Program-made: the position numbers and the translations under genes
Assembly: GCA_002376845.1 (NCBI GenBank)
Contig: DFOS01000026.1
Coordinates: 130,327-194,326, forward strand
DNA length: 64,000 nt
Reading direction: 5' to 3'
DNA from: Bdellovibrionaceae bacterium UBA3535
Lineage (GTDB): Bacteria > Bdellovibrionota > Bdellovibrionia > Bdellovibrionales > UBA840
Shown here: piece by piece, positions 1-8,705 of the stretch
How the letters are laid out: each line of letters starts with the position of its first letter
How positions within the stretch are numbered: the first letter of the stretch is position 1
Notes under the pieces: model-generated
The model's input: only the letters and a program-made list of their open reading frames with translations
Databases searched by the model: none
What the model was told of the DNA's origin: nothing

Positions 1-540
1 AATCGTCAATGCAATCCAACAGTACAGCCAAGCCCATTCTCCCATACTAGCAAAAAACCATAAAATCATTGCCAAGATAAGACCACCAATAACGGAGCCT
101 AAAATTAAGGCCAAGACTTGGTCTTTCACAAAGGTTTTTACATCGGTCTTATTAAAACCAAATTTTTCTTCGATCACGAAAGTATGGTAGATTTGAAAAG
201 GTAGTCCTATTAGCCAAACGGCACCACCCAATACAGCAAAGAAAGACAGGCCACGCCATAGATCTGAATCTATCTGAGCCCGAAGATAATTGTCTAGTAA
301 GGCAAATCCGTCAGCAAACAGAAAAATTAGAGTAATTAGCAGCATGAACGCCGATTGCTTCATGGAAAAACCCGTGTTGGTTTTTAAGTAATCCTGCGAT
401 TTTTTGTATTTGTCTTCATCGTAGTAACCATCAAATTCTTTTGGAATATTATGACTAAGGTTTTTCAAGTTTAGGGCATCCACCAAGGTAGATAAGAAAA
501 AATCAAACAAAAGAATAGCAATTACTATAGTAAACCACAT
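1..540 (-). CDS. M48 family (Ste24/CAAX prenyl protease-like) membrane metallopeptidase, N-terminal part only (gene continues left of window)
   Basis: My own translation of the minus strand from ATG at 540-538 gives MWFTIVIAILLFDFF...LPFQIYHTFVIEEKFGFNKTDVKTFVKDQ... This has several TM segments and the FVIEEKFGFNK-type motif typical of the Ste24 N-terminal domain. The frame stays open to position 1. The catalytic HExxH would lie outside the window. Confidence 0.6.
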   Translation of the reverse strand, partial: MWFTIVIAILLFDFFLSTLVDALNLKNLSHNIPKEFDGYYDEDKYKKSQDYLKTNTGFSMKQSAFMLLITLIFLFADGFALLDNYLRAQIDSDLWRGLSFFAVLGGAVWLIGLPFQIYHTFVIEEKFGFNKTDVKTFVKDQVLALILGSVIGGLILAMILWFFASMGEWAWLYCWIALTI

Positions 541-541
541 A

Positions 542-2074
542 TTAATTCCTCACGATCCAATGCCATTGAAGGTACTGATCCAGCTTATCAGCGCTGATTT
601 GCTTACCCTCTGTAGCAAATTCGCGCATTTCATTAAAATCATTCTCACTCATTTGATATACCTGCTTTTCTCCATCCTCGCAAAAAGTAATAAAAAAAGC
701 AATTTCCTTAGGAGCAAGACTCTTGTCTACTTCAATAGGCAAGGACCTTAGATCTGCCAGATTGATTGCATGGAACTTCATCGAAGGGTGAAGCGCCAAA
801 TTATCACCCTGCCCATAATAGTGCTGAGGATAAGTTGAAATCGATTTATTTAATTCGATTTCGAAATCCAAGGCAGCATCTACACTAAGCTGCTGCAAAC
901 GATCGGCTAAGAAGTCTCGACATCCGTCGTCTTGCTGAAGGAAATCTAGTAAATCCACCTTATGCAAGTGATGGGGCGCTAGGCTGCGCACACCCTGCTC
1001 CAGCAGACGGTAGCTCTTTCCGTATGAATCGTGCCACTGGTAACCAAGCGCAAAGAAATCGTGGCTTTTGGGCAAAACAAATTCTTTTTCCAATTCATTA
1101 TAAAGGTCCACCAAAGCATCCCAACTTTTATTTGTAGCAAGGGCCTTCATATCATCTATAGAATTTGACATGGATTCATCACATAGCGCCCCTAGTTCTG
1201 TTAAACGATACAACAAATCCAAAGCCACCCAATCCTCCCGCTTCTGTTGGTATAGCCTTGGACGCTTTCCTTCAGATAAGGCCAGATGAATCATTTCTAC
1301 CTTTTCGATAAAGGCCTCTAACGTCGGTGTCCACTGTGAATTATCAGGATAATATTGCATATAATCCTGAAAATCCTGCGAATTCAATCGGTAAAGATTG
1401 TACTTCGCATAGTTTTGCGCATCTTTAGCCAGGTCTAAATTCATATAAGGGGCCAAAGATATTGACCGCCGACAAATGGAATCCTTAATCGCGTTGATTT
1501 GCAATGCAAAAAACTGCAAACCTAGCTCTTTAAACTTCTCATCCCTAGGACTTGCTTCACTTATGGCAGCAACTTTCTCGCATTCATGACAATAAGACGA
1601 TGGCAAGAAGGCATAATCTTTATGTCTACTACATTTAGCAGATCGAATTTCGTCATAAAAATAATATTGTGTTACCGGTAAAACTTCTGCCAACCAATTG
1701 GCAATGGTGTGAAAAAACAAATCCTGACCGGGCTGCCAACAAAAACCCACTAACTTATGCAATAGCTCATGGGTTCCCCACTTTGAAGATTGCCCCGGGT
1801 GAAAACTAGCTAAGACAGAATCATTACGAAAAGCCTGATAGGTATTTTCTTGTAAAATGCCGGCTTGCCACTTCGCCACACCCACGGCTGGTTGTTGCAA
1901 ATACCAATGCCCTGGCGGCTCCAATTGATAGCGATACTCGTAATGATAACAAAACAAATTTTCCTGCTCGGCCCAGGTCCCAATAGCTTGGGCAACGGGA
2001 GAGCGCTGGATATCTCTTGGATCGAGGTTCAATCTTGATGCAGTATTTTCAGTCACAGGTTTTTTCCTACTCAT
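542..2074 (-). CDS. Uncharacterised 510-aa protein with a single HExxH motif (putative zinc metalloprotease-like)
   Basis: Long ORF. HELLH is encoded at 1757-1771 (checked on the nucleotide sequence) and is followed by a Cys/His cluster, CSRH-x10-CHEC. The stop TAA (542-544) lies 1 nt from the ATG of the downstream M48 gene. I recognise no named family. Confidence 0.55.
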   Translation of the reverse strand: MSRKKPVTENTASRLNLDPRDIQRSPVAQAIGTWAEQENLFCYHYEYRYQLEPPGHWYLQQPAVGVAKWQAGILQENTYQAFRNDSVLASFHPGQSSKWGTHELLHKLVGFCWQPGQDLFFHTIANWLAEVLPVTQYYFYDEIRSAKCSRHKDYAFLPSSYCHECEKVAAISEASPRDEKFKELGLQFFALQINAIKDSICRRSISLAPYMNLDLAKDAQNYAKYNLYRLNSQDFQDYMQYYPDNSQWTPTLEAFIEKVEMIHLALSEGKRPRLYQQKREDWVALDLLYRLTELGALCDESMSNSIDDMKALATNKSWDALVDLYNELEKEFVLPKSHDFFALGYQWHDSYGKSYRLLEQGVRSLAPHHLHKVDLLDFLQQDDGCRDFLADRLQQLSVDAALDFEIELNKSISTYPQHYYGQGDNLALHPSMKFHAINLADLRSLPIEVDKSLAPKEIAFFITFCEDGEKQVYQMSENDFNEMREFATEGKQISADKLDQYLQWHWIVRN

Positions 2075-2102
2075 TTGTACAAAACAACATTATGATTTTA
2101 GC

Positions 2103-3173
2103 ATGACTAAAAAAAAGTGGAAGCGATTCCTTGTTAAAATTGGCTCTTCTTGCTGGCAAGACGCAAAACAGGTGGAAAAAATCTGTCTAGAAGTAGCCGA
2201 ACTGAGTGAATCCGGCCATGAAATCATCCTTGTTTCCTCTGGTGCCATTCACCTGGGGCAAAAAATTTTAAATTCTGGTCCACACAACCATATCCACCGC
2301 AAACAAGCTGCAGCCGCCCTTGGGCAACCTCGTCTAATGCATATGTACCAAGATTTTTTTGCAAAGAAAAATAAAGAGGTCGCCCAAGTACTCTTGACCC
2401 ATCAGGATATGAATCGAACATCTAGCTATCACAACCTGCAATCCTGCCTGGAATCTCTTTTGTCCCATGGGATCATTCCCATCATTAACGAGAACGACTC
2501 CGTTAGTTTCGAAGAGATCACCTTGGGTGACAACGATCACTTGGCTGCCCGTATAGCGATGATGCTGGAGGTGGACCTGGCCATTTACCTCACACAAAGT
2601 GATGGAGTGCTACTTGAGGATGGTAGTTATTTAAAAAGAACTAGTGACCTACAAGAAATACGCAAAATCAAACGCATGCAAAAATCCCAAAGCGGTACTG
2701 GAGGCATGCAGTCCAAGTTAGAAGCTATTGCCAAAATACATGCAGTGAACATTCCCGCCGTAATAGCAAGCTTCCATGGCAAGAGCCCACTTTTTCATGT
2801 ATTGAATGATTCCGGTGGCTCCTGGTTTGAGTGCAAAACAACAAAAGCAAAAAACCAGCACAGAAAAATCATTTCCCAAGCAAAAAAAGGAGCCTTTGTT
2901 AGTATCGACCAAGGCGCCCATATAGCTCTAAAAAAGAATGCCTCCTTATTGCCCTCAGGCATAACAAAAGTGGCTGGCAATTTTCAACGTGGAGATTGTA
3001 TTGGCATCAAATACGGAAGAATCATTGTGGGATATGGTATTAGCGAGTACTCTGCGGTCGAGGTAAAAAAAATTCAAGGTCTAAAATCAACAGACATTTC
3101 TACGAAGTTGGGATATCATGTCTCCAACGTAGTCATTCATAAAAACTATTTAGCTATGGGCAAGAAAACATGA
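2103..3173 (+). CDS. proB: Glutamate 5-kinase with C-terminal PUA domain
   Basis: LVKIGSS near the N-terminus and the VSSGAI motif. C-terminal PUA-like region (LLPSGITKVAGNFQRGDCIGI). 4-nt overlap with proA. Confidence 0.9.
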   Translation: MTKKKWKRFLVKIGSSCWQDAKQVEKICLEVAELSESGHEIILVSSGAIHLGQKILNSGPHNHIHRKQAAAALGQPRLMHMYQDFFAKKNKEVAQVLLTHQDMNRTSSYHNLQSCLESLLSHGIIPIINENDSVSFEEITLGDNDHLAARIAMMLEVDLAIYLTQSDGVLLEDGSYLKRTSDLQEIRKIKRMQKSQSGTGGMQSKLEAIAKIHAVNIPAVIASFHGKSPLFHVLNDSGGSWFECKTTKAKNQHRKIISQAKKGAFVSIDQGAHIALKKNASLLPSGITKVAGNFQRGDCIGIKYGRIIVGYGISEYSAVEVKKIQGLKSTDISTKLGYHVSNVVIHKNYLAMGKKT

Positions 3174-4402
3174 ACTTAACAGAAAGAGCGATTTTAGCAA
3201 AAGCTGATTTGAATAAACTTTGGCAAACCAGTGAAGAGGAGCGCAATGCTGTTTTAATAAGACTTGCCAATTTGTTGATAGAAAACAAAGAGCAAATCCT
3301 TGCTGCCAATCAGCAGGATGTTAAGACGGCAAAGACAGCTGACTATGGTGCTGCTTTTGTTGATCGACTTACTTTAGATGAAAAGCGTCTGCAAGGTCTG
3401 GCTGATGCGGTTTTGGGGATCGCCAAACAGCCGCAGGTAGTTTTTCAATTCGAAGAAGAACACAAGCGTGCGGACGGACTGATTATTAAAAAGCAGAGAA
3501 TCCCCATTGGCTTGATCGGCATTATCTTTGAATCTCGCCCTAATGTCATTTTGGACTGCTTTGCTCTTGGTTTAAAATCCGCTAATGGCATGTTTTTAAA
3601 AGGCGGCAAGGAAGCAAAAGAAACCAATCAAATATTTATGGACCTAGCACATGAGGCATTGGGCAAGAGTATACCTGACACTCTTTTTCAATTGCTACTA
3701 GATAAAGAAGCCGCACAAGAAATGCTCCAGCTCAAGGATCAGATGGATCTTATTATTCCGCGTGGAAGTGAAAAGCTGATTCAGTACGTTAAAGACAACT
3801 CCAAAGTTCCTGTTATTTGCCATGCACAAGGACTTTGCCATATGTATGTTGATGATAGCGTGGACGCTTCCGAGATGATTGCCTTGGTAATGAACTCTAA
3901 GATGCAACGAACTGGTGTCTGCAACGCATTGGAAACTTTACTTTTAGATAGCAAAATATCATTGGCTGACAAAGACCAATTGTTTCACAAGCTAGATGAG
4001 GCAGGTTGTGAACTACGTTTGGATGAGAAATTATCCGGCCAGTTCCCTCGTTACAAGAAGGCCACAACAGAAGATTGGCGAACCGAATATTTGGATGCAA
4101 TCTTGTCTGTCAAAGAGGTTGCGGACGTTCGTGCTGCCATCTCTCATATTCAGTTTTACGGCAGCCATCATACTGAGGCCATCGTTTCCAAGCGCCCAGA
4201 AAGCATTGAATTGTTTTTAAACCAAGTAGACGCATCTTGTATCGCTATCAATGCCTCCACCCGTTTCAATGATGGCGGTGAGTTGGGCCTTGGTGCAGAA
4301 GTAGGCATATCTACTACCAAAATACACGCTTATGGTCCCATGGGAGCAAGGGACCTTACCACAACTCGCTATTGTGTTGAAGGTAAGGGGCATGTACGTT
4401 AA
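3170..4402 (+). CDS. proA: Gamma-glutamyl phosphate reductase
   Basis: 410 aa. Aldehyde dehydrogenase-like with GVCNALETLLL (catalytic Cys region). Classic proBA arrangement. Confidence 0.9.
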   Translation: MNLTERAILAKADLNKLWQTSEEERNAVLIRLANLLIENKEQILAANQQDVKTAKTADYGAAFVDRLTLDEKRLQGLADAVLGIAKQPQVVFQFEEEHKRADGLIIKKQRIPIGLIGIIFESRPNVILDCFALGLKSANGMFLKGGKEAKETNQIFMDLAHEALGKSIPDTLFQLLLDKEAAQEMLQLKDQMDLIIPRGSEKLIQYVKDNSKVPVICHAQGLCHMYVDDSVDASEMIALVMNSKMQRTGVCNALETLLLDSKISLADKDQLFHKLDEAGCELRLDEKLSGQFPRYKKATTEDWRTEYLDAILSVKEVADVRAAISHIQFYGSHHTEAIVSKRPESIELFLNQVDASCIAINASTRFNDGGELGLGAEVGISTTKIHAYGPMGARDLTTTRYCVEGKGHVR

Positions 4403-4424
4403 TTATATAAAAAAAGGAAGCATC

Positions 4425-4946
4425 ATGGAGCGTAATATTATTATTGATCAAAGTGTGGCCATACTAGTGGATGGCAACAATATAGAAATCAGCATTCACA
4501 CAGTAACGGAAAATGAAGCCGCTATGGTAAACTTTGACACTCTTGTGCCTAGACTACTAGATAACCGAGCTTTAAACCGCCTTATCTACTTTCGAGAGGG
4601 CAAACACATTTCTTCCAAACTTGCAGAGCGCTTGCACAATATGTTTCATGGCTCCGTTGTTCCCTGTCATAAATCCGCCGACATCCCGTTAACCATTAAA
4701 GCCTCGCAGCTTGCTACCAAAGTAGATACCATTGTGATCATGTCTGGTGACTCTGATTATGTGGAATTGGTTCGCCATCTTAAGGCTGAAGGAGTTCGTG
4801 TGGAAATCGCAGCTGTAGAGCAAACTACTGCCGCAATTTTGAAAGATGAAGCGGATTACTTTCACCCGTTAACGGATGAGGATTGGTTTATCTACAGCGG
4901 CAAGGGCGCGAAACAATCGAAAAAGAAATCTCGCAGCCGAAGATAA
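4425..4946 (+). CDS. NYN/LabA-like (PIN-like) domain protein with Lys/Arg-rich C-terminal tail
   Basis: ATG at 4425 is preceded by AAGGAAG. The track ORF start at 4332 overlaps proA and is rejected. VAILVDGNNIE and IVIMSGDSDYVELV match the LabA/NYN acidic motifs. The tail is GKGAKQSKKKSRSRR. Confidence 0.65.
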   Translation: MERNIIIDQSVAILVDGNNIEISIHTVTENEAAMVNFDTLVPRLLDNRALNRLIYFREGKHISSKLAERLHNMFHGSVVPCHKSADIPLTIKASQLATKVDTIVIMSGDSDYVELVRHLKAEGVRVEIAAVEQTTAAILKDEADYFHPLTDEDWFIYSGKGAKQSKKKSRSRR

Positions 4947-4968
4947 AAAAAAGGGGCCTAAAGCCCCT
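4945..4968 (-). terminator. Rho-independent terminator (for the minus-strand lipoprotein gene; hairpin shared with the end of the NYN gene)
   Basis: 6-bp GC stem AGGGGC/GCCCCT (4952-4957 / 4963-4968) with a 5-nt loop. The A-run at 4945-4951 gives a U-tract on the minus strand. Confidence 0.7.
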
Positions 4969-4974
4969 CAAGCA

Positions 4975-5367
4975 TTATTCCAAACTCGCGGTTTTATTGT
5001 TAGGCTCTACTGGTTTACAAGAAAAGCCCTTGGCCTCAATGTTTTCTTTAATATTACTTAGTATTTTCGGGCATAGCTCCTGCGTTGCTTGCGCCCACGC
5101 CACTTCTTGCTGCTCGCCCCATTTGGTGTAATGCACTTCGCACCTTTTGGTCTTATAGGGATTGTCCAAAGTAGTGCGGTGGATTTGTACCAAGCGCTTG
5201 TCTTCTCCAACATCACAAACGATGGCCTCCTTCTCAACATTTTCTGCTTTCTCAATTTTTTTCGTATTTTTAGTCTCGACGGATTTCTCTGGCTTTTTGG
5301 CATTCTGTGCACAAGCGGCAAAGAATGAACATACACCTAATATAGCTAATTTCTTTAAAATTCTCAT
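4975..5367 (-). CDS. Putative lipoprotein, unknown function
   Basis: Start at MRILKKLAILGVCSFFAAC (lipobox FFAAC). The mature part is Lys/Glu-rich with 4 further Cys. Confidence 0.6.
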   Translation of the reverse strand: MRILKKLAILGVCSFFAACAQNAKKPEKSVETKNTKKIEKAENVEKEAIVCDVGEDKRLVQIHRTTLDNPYKTKRCEVHYTKWGEQQEVAWAQATQELCPKILSNIKENIEAKGFSCKPVEPNNKTASLE

Positions 5368-5457
5368 TTGACCCCCTTTAGCGTCCAACCATCTAGTATG
5401 CAGAATCGGTGCCGTAATGAAAGGCGATTCATTTGCTTCTGAGCCAAAGTCTCTTTG

Positions 5458-5571
5458 CAGCTGTATAAAATATGTTCGCTGAATGATGCGATTTTAGGGG
5501 GGGTGTAAAAATCCTAACAGCTGACTGACATTTTGCTTTTATACGAAAAGGTGCAATCGCTAAACAGCTGA
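5458..5571. promoter_or_regulatory. Three CAGCTG palindromes, two inside an identical 9-mer AACAGCTGA (candidate regulator/enhancer-binding sites)
   Basis: CAGCTG occurs at 5458-5463, 5518-5523 and 5565-5570. AACAGCTGA occurs at 5516-5524 and 5563-5571. All lie in the divergent intergenic region 5368-5627. Confidence 0.3.
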
Positions 5572-5588
5572 ATTCACTTGTACTCAAC

Positions 5589-5604
5589 TGGCATGCCCGC
5601 TGCA
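5589..5604 (+). promoter_or_regulatory. Candidate sigma-54 (-24/-12) promoter
   Basis: TGGCATGcccgCTGCA versus the consensus TGGCACG-N4-TTGCW. GG (5590-91) and GC (5602-03) are exactly 12 nt apart. It lies 24 nt upstream of the ATG at 5628, with GGAGGAG RBS in between. Confidence 0.4.
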
Positions 5605-5627
5605 TATAAAATTATTGGAGGAGAAAA

Positions 5628-6128
5628 ATGAAAAAATTAATCTTTATCATCATTACTTTACTAGGGCAGGCTCTTTTCGCCCAGAGCGAATCGAGAACCT
5701 TGGTAATGGAAAAGGTCCACCCTACTTTTGGCGATAGTTTTTTGGCCATAATCAACCCAGAAAGCTTTGCGGTAAGCCCAGTAAACTTTTATGATGGACA
5801 ACTTACCAAGCACTTAATGGATGCAAAAACCAATAAAATCTACTGTAAGGCCACTTATCGAAATTCCAGAAACTTAGTAAACTTTCCCATTATAAGCGTA
5901 GAAAAGGTAGAGGTTTGTGTGAGCCAAGAGGGGCAAATTCTGGTTAAAAACTACGGCGATAACAAAAGCGAAAAAGACATCCTTAAAGATGCAGCAGAAT
6001 TATTAATGCAAATTGAGCCGATGAGTGATGGGACCATCTATGAACATAGCAGCCCCGCTGGCTTATCGAGCGCAACAAAATACGAAGAAGGTGGCACGAT
6101 CTTTAGCCGCATCAAAGGCGCCCAATAA
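5628..6128 (+). CDS. Secreted hypothetical protein
   Basis: Strong RBS GGAGGAG. Signal peptide MKKLIFIIITLLGQALFAQ. No recognisable domain. Confidence 0.6.
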   Translation: MKKLIFIIITLLGQALFAQSESRTLVMEKVHPTFGDSFLAIINPESFAVSPVNFYDGQLTKHLMDAKTNKIYCKATYRNSRNLVNFPIISVEKVEVCVSQEGQILVKNYGDNKSEKDILKDAAELLMQIEPMSDGTIYEHSSPAGLSSATKYEEGGTIFSRIKGAQ

Positions 6129-7506
6129 ATTTCGCCCCCCGTATCGCGTCCAACTTTTGGTACAAAGCTGACCAGTCATCTTGATCTGCTATGCTCGCCC
6201 ATATACTTTCAATTTCATCGATATAAAGCGAGCAGGCACTATCCTTTTCAAAATACTCATGCTGGAGCTGTTCAGCATTTGCCAGCTCGAAAACCTTAAT
6301 TTGATTAAAAAAGTCGTTAAACAATGGGCCTGTATAATAGCTACCTCTTGGACCCGTCATGGCCTTATAGCTACGGGCCTCTCCTCCAAACCAATCAAAG
6401 AAAAAATCCTCAAAAGGAACTTTGCTTTCTGCCATAAACTCAAAAGTCTTGGTGAACAACTTGTTGTTTTCCAACAAATTGATGGGTTTTAAGTTTAATC
6501 GAGCTAAAAAGCATGTCATCAAGTGGGAGGAGAAGTATTTCGGATAATTTTTTAATCCATCAAAGCTTTCTTTTGGATCATCATAAAAATGCGAAAAGCA
6601 AAGAGCCAATTGCTGCAAGTTCCAATAAATAATATTGGGTTGATTGCCATATGCATAAAGCCCTTCATGATCGAAGTAAGCGGCTACAAAATGCGCATCA
6701 TAATGGGGTAAAAAGCGGAAGGGACCATAATCAAAGGACTCCCCTGTGATATTAATATTGTCGGTATTTAATACACCATGCACAAAACCTGCTAGCATCC
6801 ATTCGGCACATGTTTTCGCGCAGGATTCGGTAACCCGATCTAGAAACTTCTCAACTTTTTCTCTACCTTCGAAATTTTGCAGATCTGGATAATAGTGCCG
6901 GCAACAATAATTCAATAATTTTTCAATATTGTCCTGCTCACCTAGGTAAACCAAACGCTGAAATGTACCAATACGTATATGCGAGTGTGACAAACGACAT
7001 AAGACTGCGGAGCGAGTAGGAGATGGCTCATCATTTCTGCTAAGCTGCTCACCTGTTTCAATTAACGAAAAGGTTTTGGAAGTATTCACCCCTTGTGCAC
7101 TAAGATATTCCGTGGCCAAAATCTCTCTTGCTCCACCTTTTAAAGTAAGGCGCCCATCCCCCCTACGGGAATACGGAGTTTGCCCGCTTCCTTTGGTCCC
7201 AATATCCAAGAGTTTGTCCTTATGCATGAATTGCGCAAATAAAAAGCCACGCCCATCTCCAAGCTCCGGATTGTAGTGCTGAAATTGGTGACCATGATAG
7301 CGCAAAGCTAGACAGTCTTGTAAACTTCCAGCAAATGCTTGAAAGTTGGCAAAGTGCTGCAGCCACAGATTCTCTTCACATGAAATCCCTAGTTTTTCTG
7401 CCCACTTTTGATTTTGATAACGAATGATTTTCTTTGGAAATACAGCAGGCTCTACCACATCGTAAAATTCTTCACCTAATTCTGTGATAGCAGAGCTAGT
7501 ATTCAT
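6112..7506 (-). CDS. selO: Protein adenylyltransferase SelO (YdiU/UPF0061 pseudokinase-fold AMPylase)
   Basis: 464 aa with GDGRGFLFAQF, GVLNTDNINITGESFDYGPF and other SelO-type motifs. The ATG overlaps the stop of the upstream methyltransferase gene by 4 nt. Confidence 0.85.
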   Translation of the reverse strand: MNTSSAITELGEEFYDVVEPAVFPKKIIRYQNQKWAEKLGISCEENLWLQHFANFQAFAGSLQDCLALRYHGHQFQHYNPELGDGRGFLFAQFMHKDKLLDIGTKGSGQTPYSRRGDGRLTLKGGAREILATEYLSAQGVNTSKTFSLIETGEQLSRNDEPSPTRSAVLCRLSHSHIRIGTFQRLVYLGEQDNIEKLLNYCCRHYYPDLQNFEGREKVEKFLDRVTESCAKTCAEWMLAGFVHGVLNTDNINITGESFDYGPFRFLPHYDAHFVAAYFDHEGLYAYGNQPNIIYWNLQQLALCFSHFYDDPKESFDGLKNYPKYFSSHLMTCFLARLNLKPINLLENNKLFTKTFEFMAESKVPFEDFFFDWFGGEARSYKAMTGPRGSYYTGPLFNDFFNQIKVFELANAEQLQHEYFEKDSACSLYIDEIESIWASIADQDDWSALYQKLDAIRGAKFIGRL

Positions 7507-8705
7507 GTAAGCCTCCTAAGGGAAGCAAAATAAAAACCATCGTAGCCCTCTATATCGGGCCGCAAAGTCTTTTCAGCAAGCAATTCAAAGTTTTTATGCT
7601 GACTTAAAAAATCCTGTACTTGTCTTTGGTTTTCGCTGGGCAAAATAGAACAGGTAGCATAGACCATTCGCCCACCAACTTTTAACATTTGACTATAATC
7701 TCGCAAAAGCTTTTTTTGCAGGTCTTGTAGCTCCAACAAGCGCTCCGGTTTTAGTTTCCACTTGCTATCGGGGTTACGGCGCAATACGCCCAAACCCGAA
7801 CAAGGCACGTCCAAAAGTAGAGCATCCGCCGAATTCACTAAGCGCTTGATGGTTTTTGTGCCCTCGATAAGACGGGTTTCGATGATATCGATGCCCGCCC
7901 GTTTGGCCCGTTTGCGCAATTGTTCGAGTTTGTTGGTATGCACATCCAAAGCTAGAATCTTCCCTTTATTTTGCATAAGAGCTGCCAAGTGCAAAGATTT
8001 CCCTCCAGCACCGGCACAAGCATCAATCACCCGCATACCTGCTTGAACTCTTAATTGCGGAGCTACCATTTGCGAGGCCATATCCTGCACCTCAAAGAAA
8101 CCAGACTGAAAAGCTTTTGAGCGAAAAACGTTTTTCTTTGATGGTATGACAATTCCCTCTTCATTATCGGCCACAGTCAAAGCATCTGCAAAACCTTCTT
8201 CATGCAACTTACGAAGAAGACTTTGCCTATCAATTTTCAAAGTATTGCACCTTAGATACAATTGGTTCGTTTGGTTTAAAGCTTGGCATATTGACGGCCA
8301 TTCATCACCTAGCTCTTTCTCGGCAAGTTGAAAGAGCCAATCTGGATAGGACTCTTGTAGAGCCAAGGCTTTATTAGCTTCTATTCTTTGCTCCACCGCA
8401 GCTCTATCAATTTCACCTAGATGGCTTTCTTGTTTTGCCCAAAACCACCAGATGTAAAATAATTTTTCTAGACTTTCGAGCTCCGTGCAGGGCTCTTTAG
8501 CGTTTAAATACCAAAGATAGCGCCAATGACGAACCATTTCGTATACCGCTTCCGCGACAAATCTGCGGTCTCTAGCTCCCCATTTGCGCTGGCGTTTAAA
8601 GTGGTATTCAATCACTTTATCGGCGTAAAAACCTTTTTGAAAAATGTCTTGCAGACACAATCCAATCGCGTTCACAAGATTTTTGTGAATTTTCGTCGGC
8701 ATCAA
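7503..8705 (-). CDS. RsmB/NOL1/NOP2/Sun-family RNA (cytosine-C5) methyltransferase
   Basis: SAM-binding DACAGAGGKS, motif IV PCSGLGVLRRNPD and motif VI YATCS. Confidence 0.8.
   Translation of the reverse strand: MMPTKIHKNLVNAIGLCLQDIFQKGFYADKVIEYHFKRQRKWGARDRRFVAEAVYEMVRHWRYLWYLNAKEPCTELESLEKLFYIWWFWAKQESHLGEIDRAAVEQRIEANKALALQESYPDWLFQLAEKELGDEWPSICQALNQTNQLYLRCNTLKIDRQSLLRKLHEEGFADALTVADNEEGIVIPSKKNVFRSKAFQSGFFEVQDMASQMVAPQLRVQAGMRVIDACAGAGGKSLHLAALMQNKGKILALDVHTNKLEQLRKRAKRAGIDIIETRLIEGTKTIKRLVNSADALLLDVPCSGLGVLRRNPDSKWKLKPERLLELQDLQKKLLRDYSQMLKVGGRMVYATCSILPSENQRQVQDFLSQHKNFELLAEKTLRPDIEGYDGFYFASLRRLT

Noticed and set aside
6181-6492. 103-aa plus-strand ORF inside selO; similar antisense ORFs lie inside the prolyl oligopeptidase gene (11236-11550, 11839-12120), carB, rpsA and purL
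   Set aside because: All are embedded antisense in long, motif-supported CDSs and lack start signals.
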